Assembly: GCA_046540255.1 (NCBI GenBank)
Contig: JBKHFJ010000009.1
Coordinates: 2,149-66,148, forward strand
DNA: 64,000 nucleotides
Reading direction: 5' to 3'
Source: Methanomassiliicoccales archaeon
GTDB taxonomy: Archaea; Thermoplasmatota; Thermoplasmata; Methanomassiliicoccales; JAAEEP01
The stretch's first letter is position 1. Each line of letters starts with the position of its first letter. A model generated the notes under the pieces. It made no database searches. It had not been told where the DNA came from and saw nothing but the letters and a program-made list of their open reading frames with translations. Of the stretch, positions 44,133 through 53,658 are shown one piece after another. The position numbers and the translations under genes are program-made.

Positions 44133-45407
44133 TCAGCGATGACGTGACTCTTTGGTGGGTTCGAGCATCAGCTCCAGCTCTCCATTCATGAGATGGGAGA
44201 CCGCATCTCTCAGGGTGGACCCCCTGCCCCTGAAGATCTCGATGTAGTTGTCCCTGAGGGTGTGGAACAGCACCTCGCCAACGCTCTCCGATATCACCGT
44301 GTCCACCCTCTCCTTCCCCACCAGGTGCTTCCCCAGGGAGAGGCCGGCGAGAGCCTCCTCGTGGCGGAACTCGTTCTCCATCACCTTCAGCAGTCTCCAC
44401 CCCTGTTCATCCACCTTCACCACCCCCATCTTCGGTGCCCTTCCCAGGGTAGGGCTGATCGGCGAGTCGATCCCCCTGTCTTCCCGGAGCGGGATGGCGA
44501 CCACCTGCTCCTCGGGGAGGGAAGGCTCGATGTGCACCATGACCAGCTCCAGACCCTCCACCGCCTTCTTGGCCGCCTCCTCGGTCTCATCGGCGATGTC
44601 GTGGGCCCTCCCCACATCCAGGGATCTGCTGGTGGTTACCACCAGGTCGCCCAGGATCACCGGGCCGGACCTCCTCAGCTTGACGCTCTTCACCTCCTTG
44701 ACCCCGGGAATATCCTTGGCCACCCTCATCACCCTTTGTTCGATATCCTTGCTCGGACTGACGTCCAGGAGGGAGAACATGGCGTCCTTGGCCGTCTCCA
44801 GTCCCACCTTGAGCACCAGGATGGATATACCTATGGAGACCGCCCCCTCTATATAGGGGATGGCGTAGAACGAGGAGGCGATGGCTACGAGTACGATCAG
44901 GGAGGAGAGCACGTCGGCCATGGTGTCCTTCGCCAGGGCCATGAGCGAGGAGGAATTGGTCTCCCGGCTCTTGGCGGTCAGGTATCTCATTAGCAGGAGG
45001 CAGACGAGGGCCGAGAGGGCCGCCGCCCCCATGGCCAGCCACGGTTCGGTGATCTCGGAGACCTCCCACAGCCGGTCATACCCTTCCATTCCCAGGGAGA
45101 TGGCGGCGTAGACGACGAAGGCGGAGATGATCAGGGCGGCCAGGTTCTCCACCTTGTAGTAGCCGTACTGGAACTCCTCGTCGGGGCTCCTCTGCACCAG
45201 CCGGAGGCTGACCCAGGATACGGAGGAGACGATGACGTCCACCCCCGAGTTGAGGGCATCGGCGAGCAGGGCCACGCTGCCGGTGAGGAATCCCACCAGT
45301 CCTTTGACCACGGTAAGGAAGAGCTTGGTCAGGGTGGCCACTCCGGCGGCGTTCTCCCCCGCCCTGAGCGTCCCTGAGCCGGACCCCTTTAACTCTCCCT
45401 CCGTCAT
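44133..45407 (-). CDS. Cation diffusion facilitator (CDF) transporter fused to a C-terminal NifX/NifB-like (dinitrogenase FeMo-cofactor-binding family) domain
   Basis: CDF part: GSVALLADALNSGVDVIVS, YGYYKVENLAALI, plus the cytoplasmic domain HIEP. Tail: VVAIPLREDRGIDSPISPTLGRAPKMGVV...VDTVISESVGEVLFHTLRDNYIEIF. ATG 45407 chosen (the track start 45431 is a TTG). Confidence 0.75.
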   Translation of the reverse strand: MTEGELKGSGSGTLRAGENAAGVATLTKLFLTVVKGLVGFLTGSVALLADALNSGVDVIVSSVSWVSLRLVQRSPDEEFQYGYYKVENLAALIISAFVVYAAISLGMEGYDRLWEVSEITEPWLAMGAAALSALVCLLLMRYLTAKSRETNSSSLMALAKDTMADVLSSLIVLVAIASSFYAIPYIEGAVSIGISILVLKVGLETAKDAMFSLLDVSPSKDIEQRVMRVAKDIPGVKEVKSVKLRRSGPVILGDLVVTTSRSLDVGRAHDIADETEEAAKKAVEGLELVMVHIEPSLPEEQVVAIPLREDRGIDSPISPTLGRAPKMGVVKVDEQGWRLLKVMENEFRHEEALAGLSLGKHLVGKERVDTVISESVGEVLFHTLRDNYIEIFRGRGSTLRDAVSHLMNGELELMLEPTKESRHR

Positions 45408-45510
45408 CAGAACCCCTGGGAACAGGAGCAATCCCTCCCTGTCCGCTAATACTTTTTCCCGGAGTCGTGCCCGAAAAGTATGAGGTCTATGGGTTTACAA
45501 TGTTATTCAC

Positions 45511-46236
45511 ATGAAGGAAGGCATAGGGGACGAGTTTCAGAGGGAGACCAGATATCAAAGGAACCGGATGGTAGGTGGGGGCATCGACCGATCGTCCAGG
45601 CCGCCGCCGTACAAGGAGTATCCCCGGGCCGTCAGGGTGGAGCTTCCCCCGCCCCCGGGGGTGAGGGCGGATTTCGATGAAACCGTCCGCTCGAGGAGGA
45701 GCATCAGGAGGTTTTCCGAGCGGCCCATGGAGGCCGAGCAGCTCTCCTACCTGCTTTGGGCCTCCACGGGCATCCAGAGGAGGGAGGCCGGGATCGAGTT
45801 CCGGACCGCCCCCTCCGCCGGGGCCCTCTATCCCATAGAGACCTACCTGGTGGTGAACAGGGTGAACGGGGTCAAGCCGGGCGTCTACCACTACAACATC
45901 AGGGGACACTACCTGGAACAGATCGGGAGAGGCGACTTCTCGGAGGAGGCGGCCTTCGCAGCCCTCAACCAGAGGATGTGTATGGACTCAGCCGTCGTGT
46001 TCATCTGGACGGCCGTATTCCAGAGGTCCAAGTGGAAGTACGGGCAGAGAGGTTACAGGTACATGTACCTGGATGCCGGGCACATTGGTCAGAACCTTGC
46101 CCTGGCCTGTACGGCACAGGGGCTGGGAAGCTGTCAGGTGGCGGCGCTGTTCGACCAGGAGGTGAACGATCTGGTCCGCGTCGATGGTAAGGAGGAGAGC
46201 GTCCTCTACATGAGTGTCGCCGGGTTTCCCAGGTGA
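45511..46236 (+). CDS. SagB-type dehydrogenase / nitroreductase family protein
   Basis: RRSIRRFSERPM...RTAPSAGALYPIETYLVV..GVYHYN...YRYMYLDAGHIGQNLALA. Confidence 0.85.
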   Translation: MKEGIGDEFQRETRYQRNRMVGGGIDRSSRPPPYKEYPRAVRVELPPPPGVRADFDETVRSRRSIRRFSERPMEAEQLSYLLWASTGIQRREAGIEFRTAPSAGALYPIETYLVVNRVNGVKPGVYHYNIRGHYLEQIGRGDFSEEAAFAALNQRMCMDSAVVFIWTAVFQRSKWKYGQRGYRYMYLDAGHIGQNLALACTAQGLGSCQVAALFDQEVNDLVRVDGKEESVLYMSVAGFPR

Positions 46237-46297
46237 TCGCTCGTCCGTTCTCATTTGTAAATAATTCCAAATAGCATTAGCTCCATCTTCACATGAA

Positions 46298-46753
46298 ATG
46301 GTGGAACTTGTCACCTATCTGGCATTGTCTTTTGTGATCGTCGGAGTGCTCCTCCTGATCGCAGAGGGGGCCTCTCCAGGGACCTTCCTGATTGTCCCGG
46401 GAACTGTCCTCCTGCTACTGGGAGCCATAGGGCTACTGTACCCCGATTGGCTGCTCAGCTGGTGGGCTCCACTGGTGGCCGGCATAGTGCTGATCCCGGT
46501 CACCCTGATCACCATCAGACTGTACCAGCGTCTGGCTCCGACCGCTCCCCCGCAGACCTCCGTGGGCTCCTCCCTGATCGGGAGGGAGGGGCTGGTGATA
46601 ACGGAGGTATCTCCCAACAACCTGAAGGGAAAGGTGAGGATCAGCAACGACACCTGGAGCGCTACCGCGGATACCGTGATTCCCGAGGGCACCCTGGTCA
46701 GGGTGAAGGCCAGCCAGGGGGTCCACGTGGTGGTAGAGGAGAGTGGCAGGTAG
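46298..46753 (+). CDS. NfeD-family membrane protein
   Basis: Two or three TM helices, then an OB-like tail: LIGREGLVITEVSPNNLKGKVRISNDTWSATAD..IPEGTLVRV. Confidence 0.85.
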   Translation: MVELVTYLALSFVIVGVLLLIAEGASPGTFLIVPGTVLLLLGAIGLLYPDWLLSWWAPLVAGIVLIPVTLITIRLYQRLAPTAPPQTSVGSSLIGREGLVITEVSPNNLKGKVRISNDTWSATADTVIPEGTLVRVKASQGVHVVVEESGR

Positions 46754-46782
46754 TTCCATCTAAATGTAAGAGGAGATAGCTC

Positions 46783-47985
46783 ATGGCAATAGGCCTGGAG
46801 ATAATTGGATTGCTGGTGTTCGCCATCGTGGCGGTCATACTAATCGTGGTCAACGGCGTCAAGATCGTCAAGCCGTACCAGCAGGCGATATACATGCGCC
46901 TGGGGCGGTACATGAAGGTGCTGGACCAGGGTTTCAACTACGTCACCCCTCTGATAAACGAAGTGGTGAAGATCGACCTGAGGACCCAGGTGCTGGACGT
47001 CCCCCGTCAAGAGGTGATAACCAAGGACAATTCCCCCACCTTCGTGGACGCCATCATCTACATCAAGGTCATAGACCCGGTGAAGGCCTTCTTCGAGGTG
47101 ACCAACTACCGCACGGCCACCATCTACCTGGCCCAGACCACCCTCCGTTCCATCATCGGGGACATGGAGCTGGATCAGATACTGTCCAACCGGGAACAGA
47201 TCAACCTGATGCTCAGGGACATCCTGGACGAGGCGACGGACAAGTGGGGAGTGAAGGTCGAGTCTGTGGAGATCCGGGAGGTCGACCCGGCCCCCAAGGT
47301 GAAGTCGGCCATGGAATCCCAGACCTCCTCGGAGAGGCTGAGGAGGGCCTCCATCCTGGAGGCCGACGGGAAGAAGAGGGCGGCCATCCTGAACGCCGAG
47401 GGTCAGAAGAGATCCAGGATCCTGGAGGCGGAGGGTTTGAGGCAGTCCAAGATCCTGGAGGCCGAGGGCGAGAGGCTCTCCATCATACTCCAAGCTCAGG
47501 GGGAGGCCCAGAAGCTCAGGGTGCTCTCTCTAGGGGCGGCACCGCTTGACTCCAAGGCCCTCACCGTCCTGTCCCTGGACACCGTGAAGTCGCTGGGCGA
47601 CGGACAGGCTACCAAGTTCTTCCTCCCCTTCGAGCTGACCAAGATGGTGGAGGGGGTGTCCGAGTACCTCGGCTCCGGAAGGAAGACCCCGGAGAGGGAG
47701 ATCACCGAGCTGAAGGACGCGGAAGAGGTGATAGGGAGCGTGGAGGAGATCCTAGGACCGATCCCCTCTCCCGAGGAGATCCGGGAGGAGATGCAGAGCC
47801 TGGAGGAGGTGATGGAGAAGGAGAAGACCGAGGCGGAGAAGATCGCCGAGATCAGCCAGATAGACTCCTCATTGGCCAAGAGAAAGGCGGAGAAGATGAG
47901 GCGATTCGACCTCAAGGGCAAGGAGGAGGGATCCGAGGAGGAACAGGAAGGAGGGTCCGGGGAGGAACAGGAGGGCAAGGAGTAG
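46783..47985 (+). CDS. SPFH/Band-7 (stomatin/prohibitin-like) protein with a long acidic C-terminal tail
   Basis: VKIVKPYQQAIYMRLGRY..., DVPRQEVITKDN, TLRSIIGDMELDQILSNRE, WGVKVESVEIREV. Forms the classical NfeD pair. AAGAGGAG SD. Confidence 0.9.
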   Translation: MAIGLEIIGLLVFAIVAVILIVVNGVKIVKPYQQAIYMRLGRYMKVLDQGFNYVTPLINEVVKIDLRTQVLDVPRQEVITKDNSPTFVDAIIYIKVIDPVKAFFEVTNYRTATIYLAQTTLRSIIGDMELDQILSNREQINLMLRDILDEATDKWGVKVESVEIREVDPAPKVKSAMESQTSSERLRRASILEADGKKRAAILNAEGQKRSRILEAEGLRQSKILEAEGERLSIILQAQGEAQKLRVLSLGAAPLDSKALTVLSLDTVKSLGDGQATKFFLPFELTKMVEGVSEYLGSGRKTPEREITELKDAEEVIGSVEEILGPIPSPEEIREEMQSLEEVMEKEKTEAEKIAEISQIDSSLAKRKAEKMRRFDLKGKEEGSEEEQEGGSGEEQEGKE

Positions 47986-47987
47986 GT

Positions 47988-48338
47988 CTAGAACACCAGG
48001 ACGGTGTAACCCTCCCCCAGGTAACGGCCGACGCTGGGGTGTCCCCTCATCTCCTTACACAGGGGCAGACCCTGCTCCTTGACCTCGTCCAGGGAACCAG
48101 TGGCGCTGGAGCAGGCCTGACACACGCAGTCGATCAGTCCCTTCTCCTTGACCTTGGCGTACTCGGAGGCGAACATGCGGGAGGGGTCGGTCAGCTCCTT
48201 GGTCAGGCCGGTGGCCGTCCCCTCGATCACCATCTTACACTCGAAGCCCCTCTCGTCCATATCCAGTACGTTCATGAGGGCGTGCCCGAAGCACATCGGC
48301 TCGCCGTTGAAGGCGAAGATCACGGTCTTCTCAGACAT
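47988..48338 (-). CDS. DsrE/DsrF-like family small protein (tentative)
   Basis: MSEKTVIFAFNGEPMCFGHALMNVLDM...KMVIEGTATGL...GLIDCVCQACS...MRGHPSVGRYLGEGYTVLVF. Family assigned from memory of similar methanogen proteins. Confidence 0.55.
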   Translation of the reverse strand: MSEKTVIFAFNGEPMCFGHALMNVLDMDERGFECKMVIEGTATGLTKELTDPSRMFASEYAKVKEKGLIDCVCQACSSATGSLDEVKEQGLPLCKEMRGHPSVGRYLGEGYTVLVF

Positions 48339-48441
48339 GGTTATCCTCACTCCGATTGGAGCCTCGCCTATCTAAGTCCTCCTATCACCGCGTGAACCCG
48401 TGGCGACAACATTGTCCCTTCCAACGGGAAGTGGTAACTCG

Positions 48442-49157
48442 ATGGTCAACCCCAAGCCGATCGCCCTCCCGGCCGTTGCCCTTCTCATCACCATCTCCCT
48501 TTCCGGTTGCCTGGACTTTCTGGGTGACGGGGACACTGGCCTCGGCCAGGTGTCCGACCTGGGAGCGGAGGAGAGCACGGTCCACGTCCGGCTGGAGTGG
48601 GAGGAGGTGAGGGAGGCCGATTCCTACCACATCTTCCGCAACGGGGAGAAGGTGGCCGTGAGCGAGAGTACCGAGTACAACGATACCTCGGTGGAGAGGG
48701 ACAGGCCTTACACCTATCAGGTCTGCGCGGTGAAGGAGATGGGGCCGCCGGGAAGGTGAGCGGGGAGGGATCGGAGCAAGTCACTGTCTCATTGGCCGAG
48801 CTCTCCTACGATTTCGAGGGCTTCACCGCCTTCTTGAACGACACCGATCACAGTCTGAAGGGCGTACTCGACGCATTGCGGAAATCTGGAAAGGAGGAGG
48901 ACCTCACCGGGACGAAGGAACTCTCCGAGACCCTGGAATCCCTCTGCGATCGGTACATGGACACGGTTCAGCAGTTCCATATACCTGAGCACCAGGAGGT
49001 CAGGGAGGAGTACCTGGCGGCCCTGCAGGACTTCAGGTCGGCGGCCCAGAAGTTCCAGTATGCGGTGGACCACTTCGACACGGGGAGCATCGACGAGGGC
49101 CAATCGCTGGTCGCCTCCGGAGCAGGGCACATGGGCCAGGCGAGCAGCATGCTGTGA
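48442..49157 (+). pseudogene. Lipoprotein with an FN3-like domain plus a helical domain, apparently interrupted by a 1-nt frameshift near 48748-48757. Alternatively two coupled ORFs: 48442..48759 and GTG 48756..49157
   Basis: Lipobox ISLSGC. The FN3-like strands end at YTYQVCAVKEMGPPGR*, while the expected last strand (KVSGEGSEQVTVSL) continues in the frame of track ORF 48597..49157. Confidence 0.45.
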
Positions 49158-49196
49158 CCCGAACACTATATCCCCACGGGGACCAATGTACGTCTC

Positions 49197-49544
49197 ATGC
49201 TCCGCCTGAAGAGGGTTTACGAGGAAGCGGAGGAGGGGGACGGCTTCCGGATCCTCGTGGACAGGCTGTGGCCCAGAGGGGTGAGCAAGGAGGACGCCGC
49301 CCTGGATCTCTGGTTGAAGGAGGTGGCGCCCTCCGACCCGCTTCGCAGGTGGTTCTCTCACGATCCCTCCAGGTGGGAGGAATTCAAGGAGAGCTACTTC
49401 AGGGAGCTGGAGGGGAAGGAGGAGGAGCTGAACAGGATACGCTCCCTTCTGGGGGAGGGGGATGTCACCCTTCTCTTCGCCTCCAAGGACGAGGAGCGCA
49501 ACAACGCGGTGGCCTTGGCCGAGTACCTGAGAAAGGAGAAATGA
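49197..49544 (+). CDS. DUF488 family protein
   Basis: RVYEEAEEGDGFRILVDRLWPRGVSKEDAALDLWLKEVAPS..LRRWF.HDP.RW.EF...Y..EL. Confidence 0.85.
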   Translation: MLRLKRVYEEAEEGDGFRILVDRLWPRGVSKEDAALDLWLKEVAPSDPLRRWFSHDPSRWEEFKESYFRELEGKEEELNRIRSLLGEGDVTLLFASKDEERNNAVALAEYLRKEK

Positions 49545-50470
49545 TCATTCCTCGAGCTGGTCCACTGTGCACTCCTCGGGAGGCTTGTCGTCCCTCAGCC
49601 TGAGGAACACCGGGGCCCGGAGATGTCCCTCCTTGGTCAGCTCAAGGTACTCCACCTCACACACCAGCTTCGGCCTCACCCACTGGATGTCTCTCCTGGG
49701 AGGGGGACGTATCAGGGGCTCCCCCGTCCTGATGTCCTCCAGCAGCTCTCGCAATCTGCCGATGAACCCCTCGGTGAATCCGGTGCCCACCCTTCCGACG
49801 TGGGTCAGTGAACCCTGGTTATACAGGCCGAGGACCAGGGAGGATACCGGTCTCTTCTCCGAGGTGTAACCCAGTACCACACAGTCAATGGTGTCCGTGG
49901 TCTTGATCTTCATCCAATTCCGGGACCTCCTGCCCTGTTCGTACCTGCTCCCACTCCTCTTGGCCAACACGCCCTCCAGGCCGCGCTCCTCCACTTTCCC
50001 CCACAGCGCCCGGCCATCCCGGGTGTGGAACATCAGCTGCAGCCGTGACCCTCTTCCACCACCAGACAGAGTTCCTCCTTCCTCCCCTCCAAGGGTAGGG
50101 AGAGAAGGCTTCTACCGTCCCTCTCCAGGATATCGAAGACCACGTAGGTGGCCGGATACCGCCTGGATTTGCTATCGACCTTCCTCTCTGGGGCATGCTC
50201 CCTCCTCTGGAGAAGGGAGAAGCTTGGATTCCCCTCCCCATCGTAGACGATCACCTCCCCATCCAGGACGCAGCTATCGCACCCCAGGTTTCCCTGAAAC
50301 TGAAACTCAGGGTACCGGTGGGTGATGTCGTTACCACGCCGGTTAATCAGCCTGATCCCCTCGTCCCTGTAGCACAGTGCCCTGGTCCCGTCCAGCTTTG
50401 GCTCGAACAGGTATTCCTCGCTGTCCAGGATGGACTCGGGTCCCTTCATTGCCAGCATGGGACGATACAA
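49545..50470 (-). pseudogene. ATP-dependent DNA ligase (LigD ligase-domain type), split by a frameshift inside the nucleotidyltransferase domain
   Basis: Track ORF 50033..50470 carries motif I EPKLDGTR, III CVLDGEV and IIIa YVVFDIL. Track ORF 49545..50033 carries IV EGVLAKR, V WMKIK, the OB fold and VI LRAPVFLRLRDDK. The two abut at TGATG (50035-50031), and the downstream frame is open upstream of its ATG (..GSRLQLMFHTRDG). Confidence 0.7.
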
Positions 50471-50471
50471 C

Positions 50472-51238
50472 TCAGGCCTCCAGGCTGGATCTCAGGGAAT
50501 CGATGAGGTTCTCCTCGGAGGTACCATCGGACTCGACCTCCGTGATCACCATCTCCTCCTTCCCCTCGATCGCCTCTTTTAGTTTCTCCATGTAGCCGTC
50601 CTGGTACCGGGCGATGTCGAATTCTTCGGACGACATCCGCTCGATCAGCTGTTCGGCCAGATCCATCTCCTTTTCCGAAAGATCCGGCTTCTCTCCAAGG
50701 CCCTCGATCTCGTCGATACCCCTCAGCTCGTAGGCGTAGTTGAGTGTGGTCAGGAGCATACCATCCCCGTAAGGCTCGATCGCCGCGAGGTGCTCCCGCT
50801 CCCTCATCACGAACTTGCCGATGGCCACCCTCCCCGTCGACCTCAGGGCCTCCATGAACAGGTGGTACGGCTTGTCCTTCTCTTTGCCCGGACCGACGAA
50901 GTAGGGCCTGTCCAGGTATATGCCGTCGATCTGGTTTCCATCGACGAACTCGTGGATCTCGATGGTATCCGATCTCTCAGGCCTCAGCCTCTCCAGTTCC
51001 TCCTTGGTGAACACGTAGTAGGAGCCGTCGTCCATCTCCACCCCTTCACCACTTCCTCCCACGGGACCTCCTCTTCGTGAACCTCTGACCAACGCTTGTA
51101 GTGAACCGGTGCGTTGTCTTTGGCGTACAGGAGTCTGAAGTTCACCCTGCTCGCCTGGCGGATGGCGGAGTAGAGCTTGACGGGAATGTTGACCATGCCG
51201 AATGAGATGAAACCGTTCCATATCGACTTCATTTTCAT
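50472..51238 (-). pseudogene. ku: Ku protein (NHEJ end-binding), interrupted by a frameshift
   Basis: N-terminus MKSIWNGFISFGMVNIPVKLYSA...EEVPWEEVVKGW lies in one frame (track 50984..51244). The remainder, EMDDGSYYVFTKEELERLRPE...DRPYFVGPGKEKDKPYHLF...NYAYELR, lies in another (track 50472..51221). The junction is at a GGGG run (plus CCCC 51041-51044). Confidence 0.7.
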
Positions 51239-51298
51239 CAACAAGGCCTTCTATCTTCGAACAGATATAAGTAATAAGAGGAATTTTGAGGCGGACCG

Positions 51299-52159
51299 TT
51301 GGGAGAAGTAAGGCAGAGGATCTTAAGGGCCCAGAGAAACGAGATCACCGAGCACCATTTCTATTCCAGCCTCGCCAAGAGGTCCAAGGACGAGAAGAAC
51401 AGTGAGACCCTGGCCAAGATCGCGGGAGATGAGCTGGTTCATTATCGATTCTTGAAAGGCTTGACCTCCGTGGACGTGGGACCGGATAGGTGGAAGCTCT
51501 TCCGCTACAATCTTATCTCAAGAGTGTTCGGCATCACCTTCGCCATCAAACTGATGGAGAGGGGAGAGGAGGAGGCGGAGGAGGAGTACATGGAGATCGC
51601 TGAGTACTATCCAGAAGCCTCCAGGATCTCCAAGGAAGAGGACGAGCACGAGCATATGCTCATCAACATGTTGGATGAACGGCGCCTCAACTACGCGGGA
51701 GCGATGGTCAAGGGAACCAACGACGGGATCATCGAGCTGACCGGAGAGGTGGCAGGTCTCACCTTCGTCTTCCAGAACACCTCCATCATCGCCCTGATCG
51801 CATTCATCTCCAGCATCGCCGGTACCCTCTCCCTGGGCAGCTCCCAGTACCTGGCAGGTAACTGGGAGAGGGACTGCACCCCCGTGTGGAATGCCGCCTA
51901 TTCGGTGGCCGCTCACCTGTTCACCCTACTCCTGCTCATCTCCCCCTACCTGCTGATAGATGACCCCCACATCTCCCTTATAGCGGTGCTGGTACTGGCG
52001 GTGCTACTCATCCTGGTGCTGAACTTCTATCTATCCGTTGCCATGGACTTCTCATTCAAGAGGAGGTTCATCGAGATGATGGCAATAAGCCTCGGAATCG
52101 CGGCCATTACCTTCCTGATAGGTTTCACCATCGAGCACTTCCTACACTTGGACCTGTAG
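51299..52159 (+). CDS. VIT1/CCC1-family iron transporter with an N-terminal ferritin-like domain
   Basis: NEITEHHFYSSLAK...DELVHYRFL...EEDEHEHML (ferritin-like), then NYAGAMVKGTNDGIIELTGEVAGL and TM helices. TTG start. Confidence 0.8.
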   Translation: MGEVRQRILRAQRNEITEHHFYSSLAKRSKDEKNSETLAKIAGDELVHYRFLKGLTSVDVGPDRWKLFRYNLISRVFGITFAIKLMERGEEEAEEEYMEIAEYYPEASRISKEEDEHEHMLINMLDERRLNYAGAMVKGTNDGIIELTGEVAGLTFVFQNTSIIALIAFISSIAGTLSLGSSQYLAGNWERDCTPVWNAAYSVAAHLFTLLLLISPYLLIDDPHISLIAVLVLAVLLILVLNFYLSVAMDFSFKRRFIEMMAISLGIAAITFLIGFTIEHFLHLDL

Positions 52160-52194
52160 GTGGAGGAGGGGATTGCGCCCCGCTTAAAGGTTCT

Positions 52195-53550
52195 TCATGA
52201 GCTGCCTGGACCCTTTATCCTGGAGGTGCTCTCCCGGATCGTCTCCTCCGGCAGATCGTAGTCCTCCAGCCTGCCGGCGAAGTAGGCGTCGTAGGAGGAC
52301 ATGTCCAGGAATCCGTGTCCACTGTTGTTGAAGAAGATGACCTTCTCCTCCCCGGTCTCCTTGCAACGGAGAGCCTGGTCTATGGCCGCCTTGACGCAAT
52401 GGGAGGTCTCGGGGGCGATGACGAAACCCTCGGTCCGGGCGAAGGTGACCGCGGCGTCGAAGCACTCCCTCTGCTGGAAGGAGGTGGCCTCGATCACCTT
52501 CTCCTTGACCAGCTTGCACAGCAAAGGTGCGTCGCCGTGGTATCTCAACCCTCCCGCGTGTATGGGGGGAGGCACGAAATCGTGGCCAAGGGTGTACATC
52601 ATCATCATGGGGGTTAGCTTGGCGGTGTCGCCGTGATCGTACATGTACGGTCCCTTGGTCAAGGTGGGGCAGGCAGTGGGCTCACAGCCCACTATGCGGG
52701 TTCCCTTCCTCCCGCCGTTCAGCTTGTCCGCGGCGAATGGGAAGGCGGCCCCCGCGAAGTTGCTTCCACCTCCTACGCATCCGAACACGTAGTCGGGGTA
52801 CTCCTCCATCTGCTCGAATTGCCTCTTCGCCTCCAGACCGATGATGGTCTGATGGAGCAGGACGTGGTTCAGGACACTTCCCAGGCTGTACTTGGTGTTC
52901 TCGTTGTGCATGGCCTCCTCCATGGCCTCCGAGATGGCTATCCCCAGGCTGCCAGGTGTGTCCGGGTACTTCTCCAGCATCTGCCTGCCGAAGGCGGTAA
53001 GATTGCTGGGGCTGGGGATGCACTCCGCCCCCCAGGTCTCCATGAGGCTCCTACGATAGGGCTTCTGGTCGAAGCTGATCCTTACCATGTACACCCTGCA
53101 GTCCATGTTGAAGAAGGAGGTGCCGAAGGCGAGGGCGCTCCCCCACTGTCCCGCACCGGTCTCGGTGGTCAGCCTCTCCACCCCTTCCTTCATGTTGTAG
53201 TAGGCCTGGGCCACCGCCGTGTTGGGCTTGTGGCTCCCCGCGGGGCTGACCCCTTCCCACTTGTAGTAGATCTTGGCCGGCGTCTTCAGCTCCCTCTCCA
53301 GCCTAATGGCCCTGTAGAGGGGGGTAGGCCTCCAGAGCCGATAGATGTCCCTTACCTCCTCGGGGATGGGGATCCACCTCTCCTGGCTCATCTCCTGCTT
53401 GAGAATCTCCAAGGGGAAGAAGGGTGCAAGGTCTTTGGGTCCGGCCGGGTTTCCATCGGGCATCATAGGGGGGTCCAAAGGAGTGGGAAGGTCCGCCTGG
53501 ATGTTGTACCACTTCTTGGGGATCTCCTCCTCATCGAGCAGGAATTTCAC
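52195..53550 (-). CDS. trpB: TrpB2-type tryptophan synthase beta-like PLP enzyme
   Basis: [16 protein letters not shown]..., [57 protein letters not shown] start. Confidence 0.9.
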   Translation of the reverse strand: MKFLLDEEEIPKKWYNIQADLPTPLDPPMMPDGNPAGPKDLAPFFPLEILKQEMSQERWIPIPEEVRDIYRLWRPTPLYRAIRLERELKTPAKIYYKWEGVSPAGSHKPNTAVAQAYYNMKEGVERLTTETGAGQWGSALAFGTSFFNMDCRVYMVRISFDQKPYRRSLMETWGAECIPSPSNLTAFGRQMLEKYPDTPGSLGIAISEAMEEAMHNENTKYSLGSVLNHVLLHQTIIGLEAKRQFEQMEEYPDYVFGCVGGGSNFAGAAFPFAADKLNGGRKGTRIVGCEPTACPTLTKGPYMYDHGDTAKLTPMMMMYTLGHDFVPPPIHAGGLRYHGDAPLLCKLVKEKVIEATSFQQRECFDAAVTFARTEGFVIAPETSHCVKAAIDQALRCKETGEEKVIFFNNSGHGFLDMSSYDAYFAGRLEDYDLPEETIRESTSRIKGPGSS

Positions 53551-53658
53551 TCTCTCGTTCAGTCCATCATCTCCCCGTTAGTTTGTAACTTTAATATGCA
53601 TTAAGTATCTATATAATACTTTGTTGTATTAATAAGGGTAATTTATGGCAACCTGGTC

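Noticed and set aside
49545-51238. Programmed ribosomal frameshifting, or deliberately split genes, for Ku and the ligase.
   Set aside because: I saw no slippery heptamer or downstream structure at either junction. The ligase break falls inside the nucleotidyltransferase domain. A simple 1-nt indel (mutation or assembly error) explains both.
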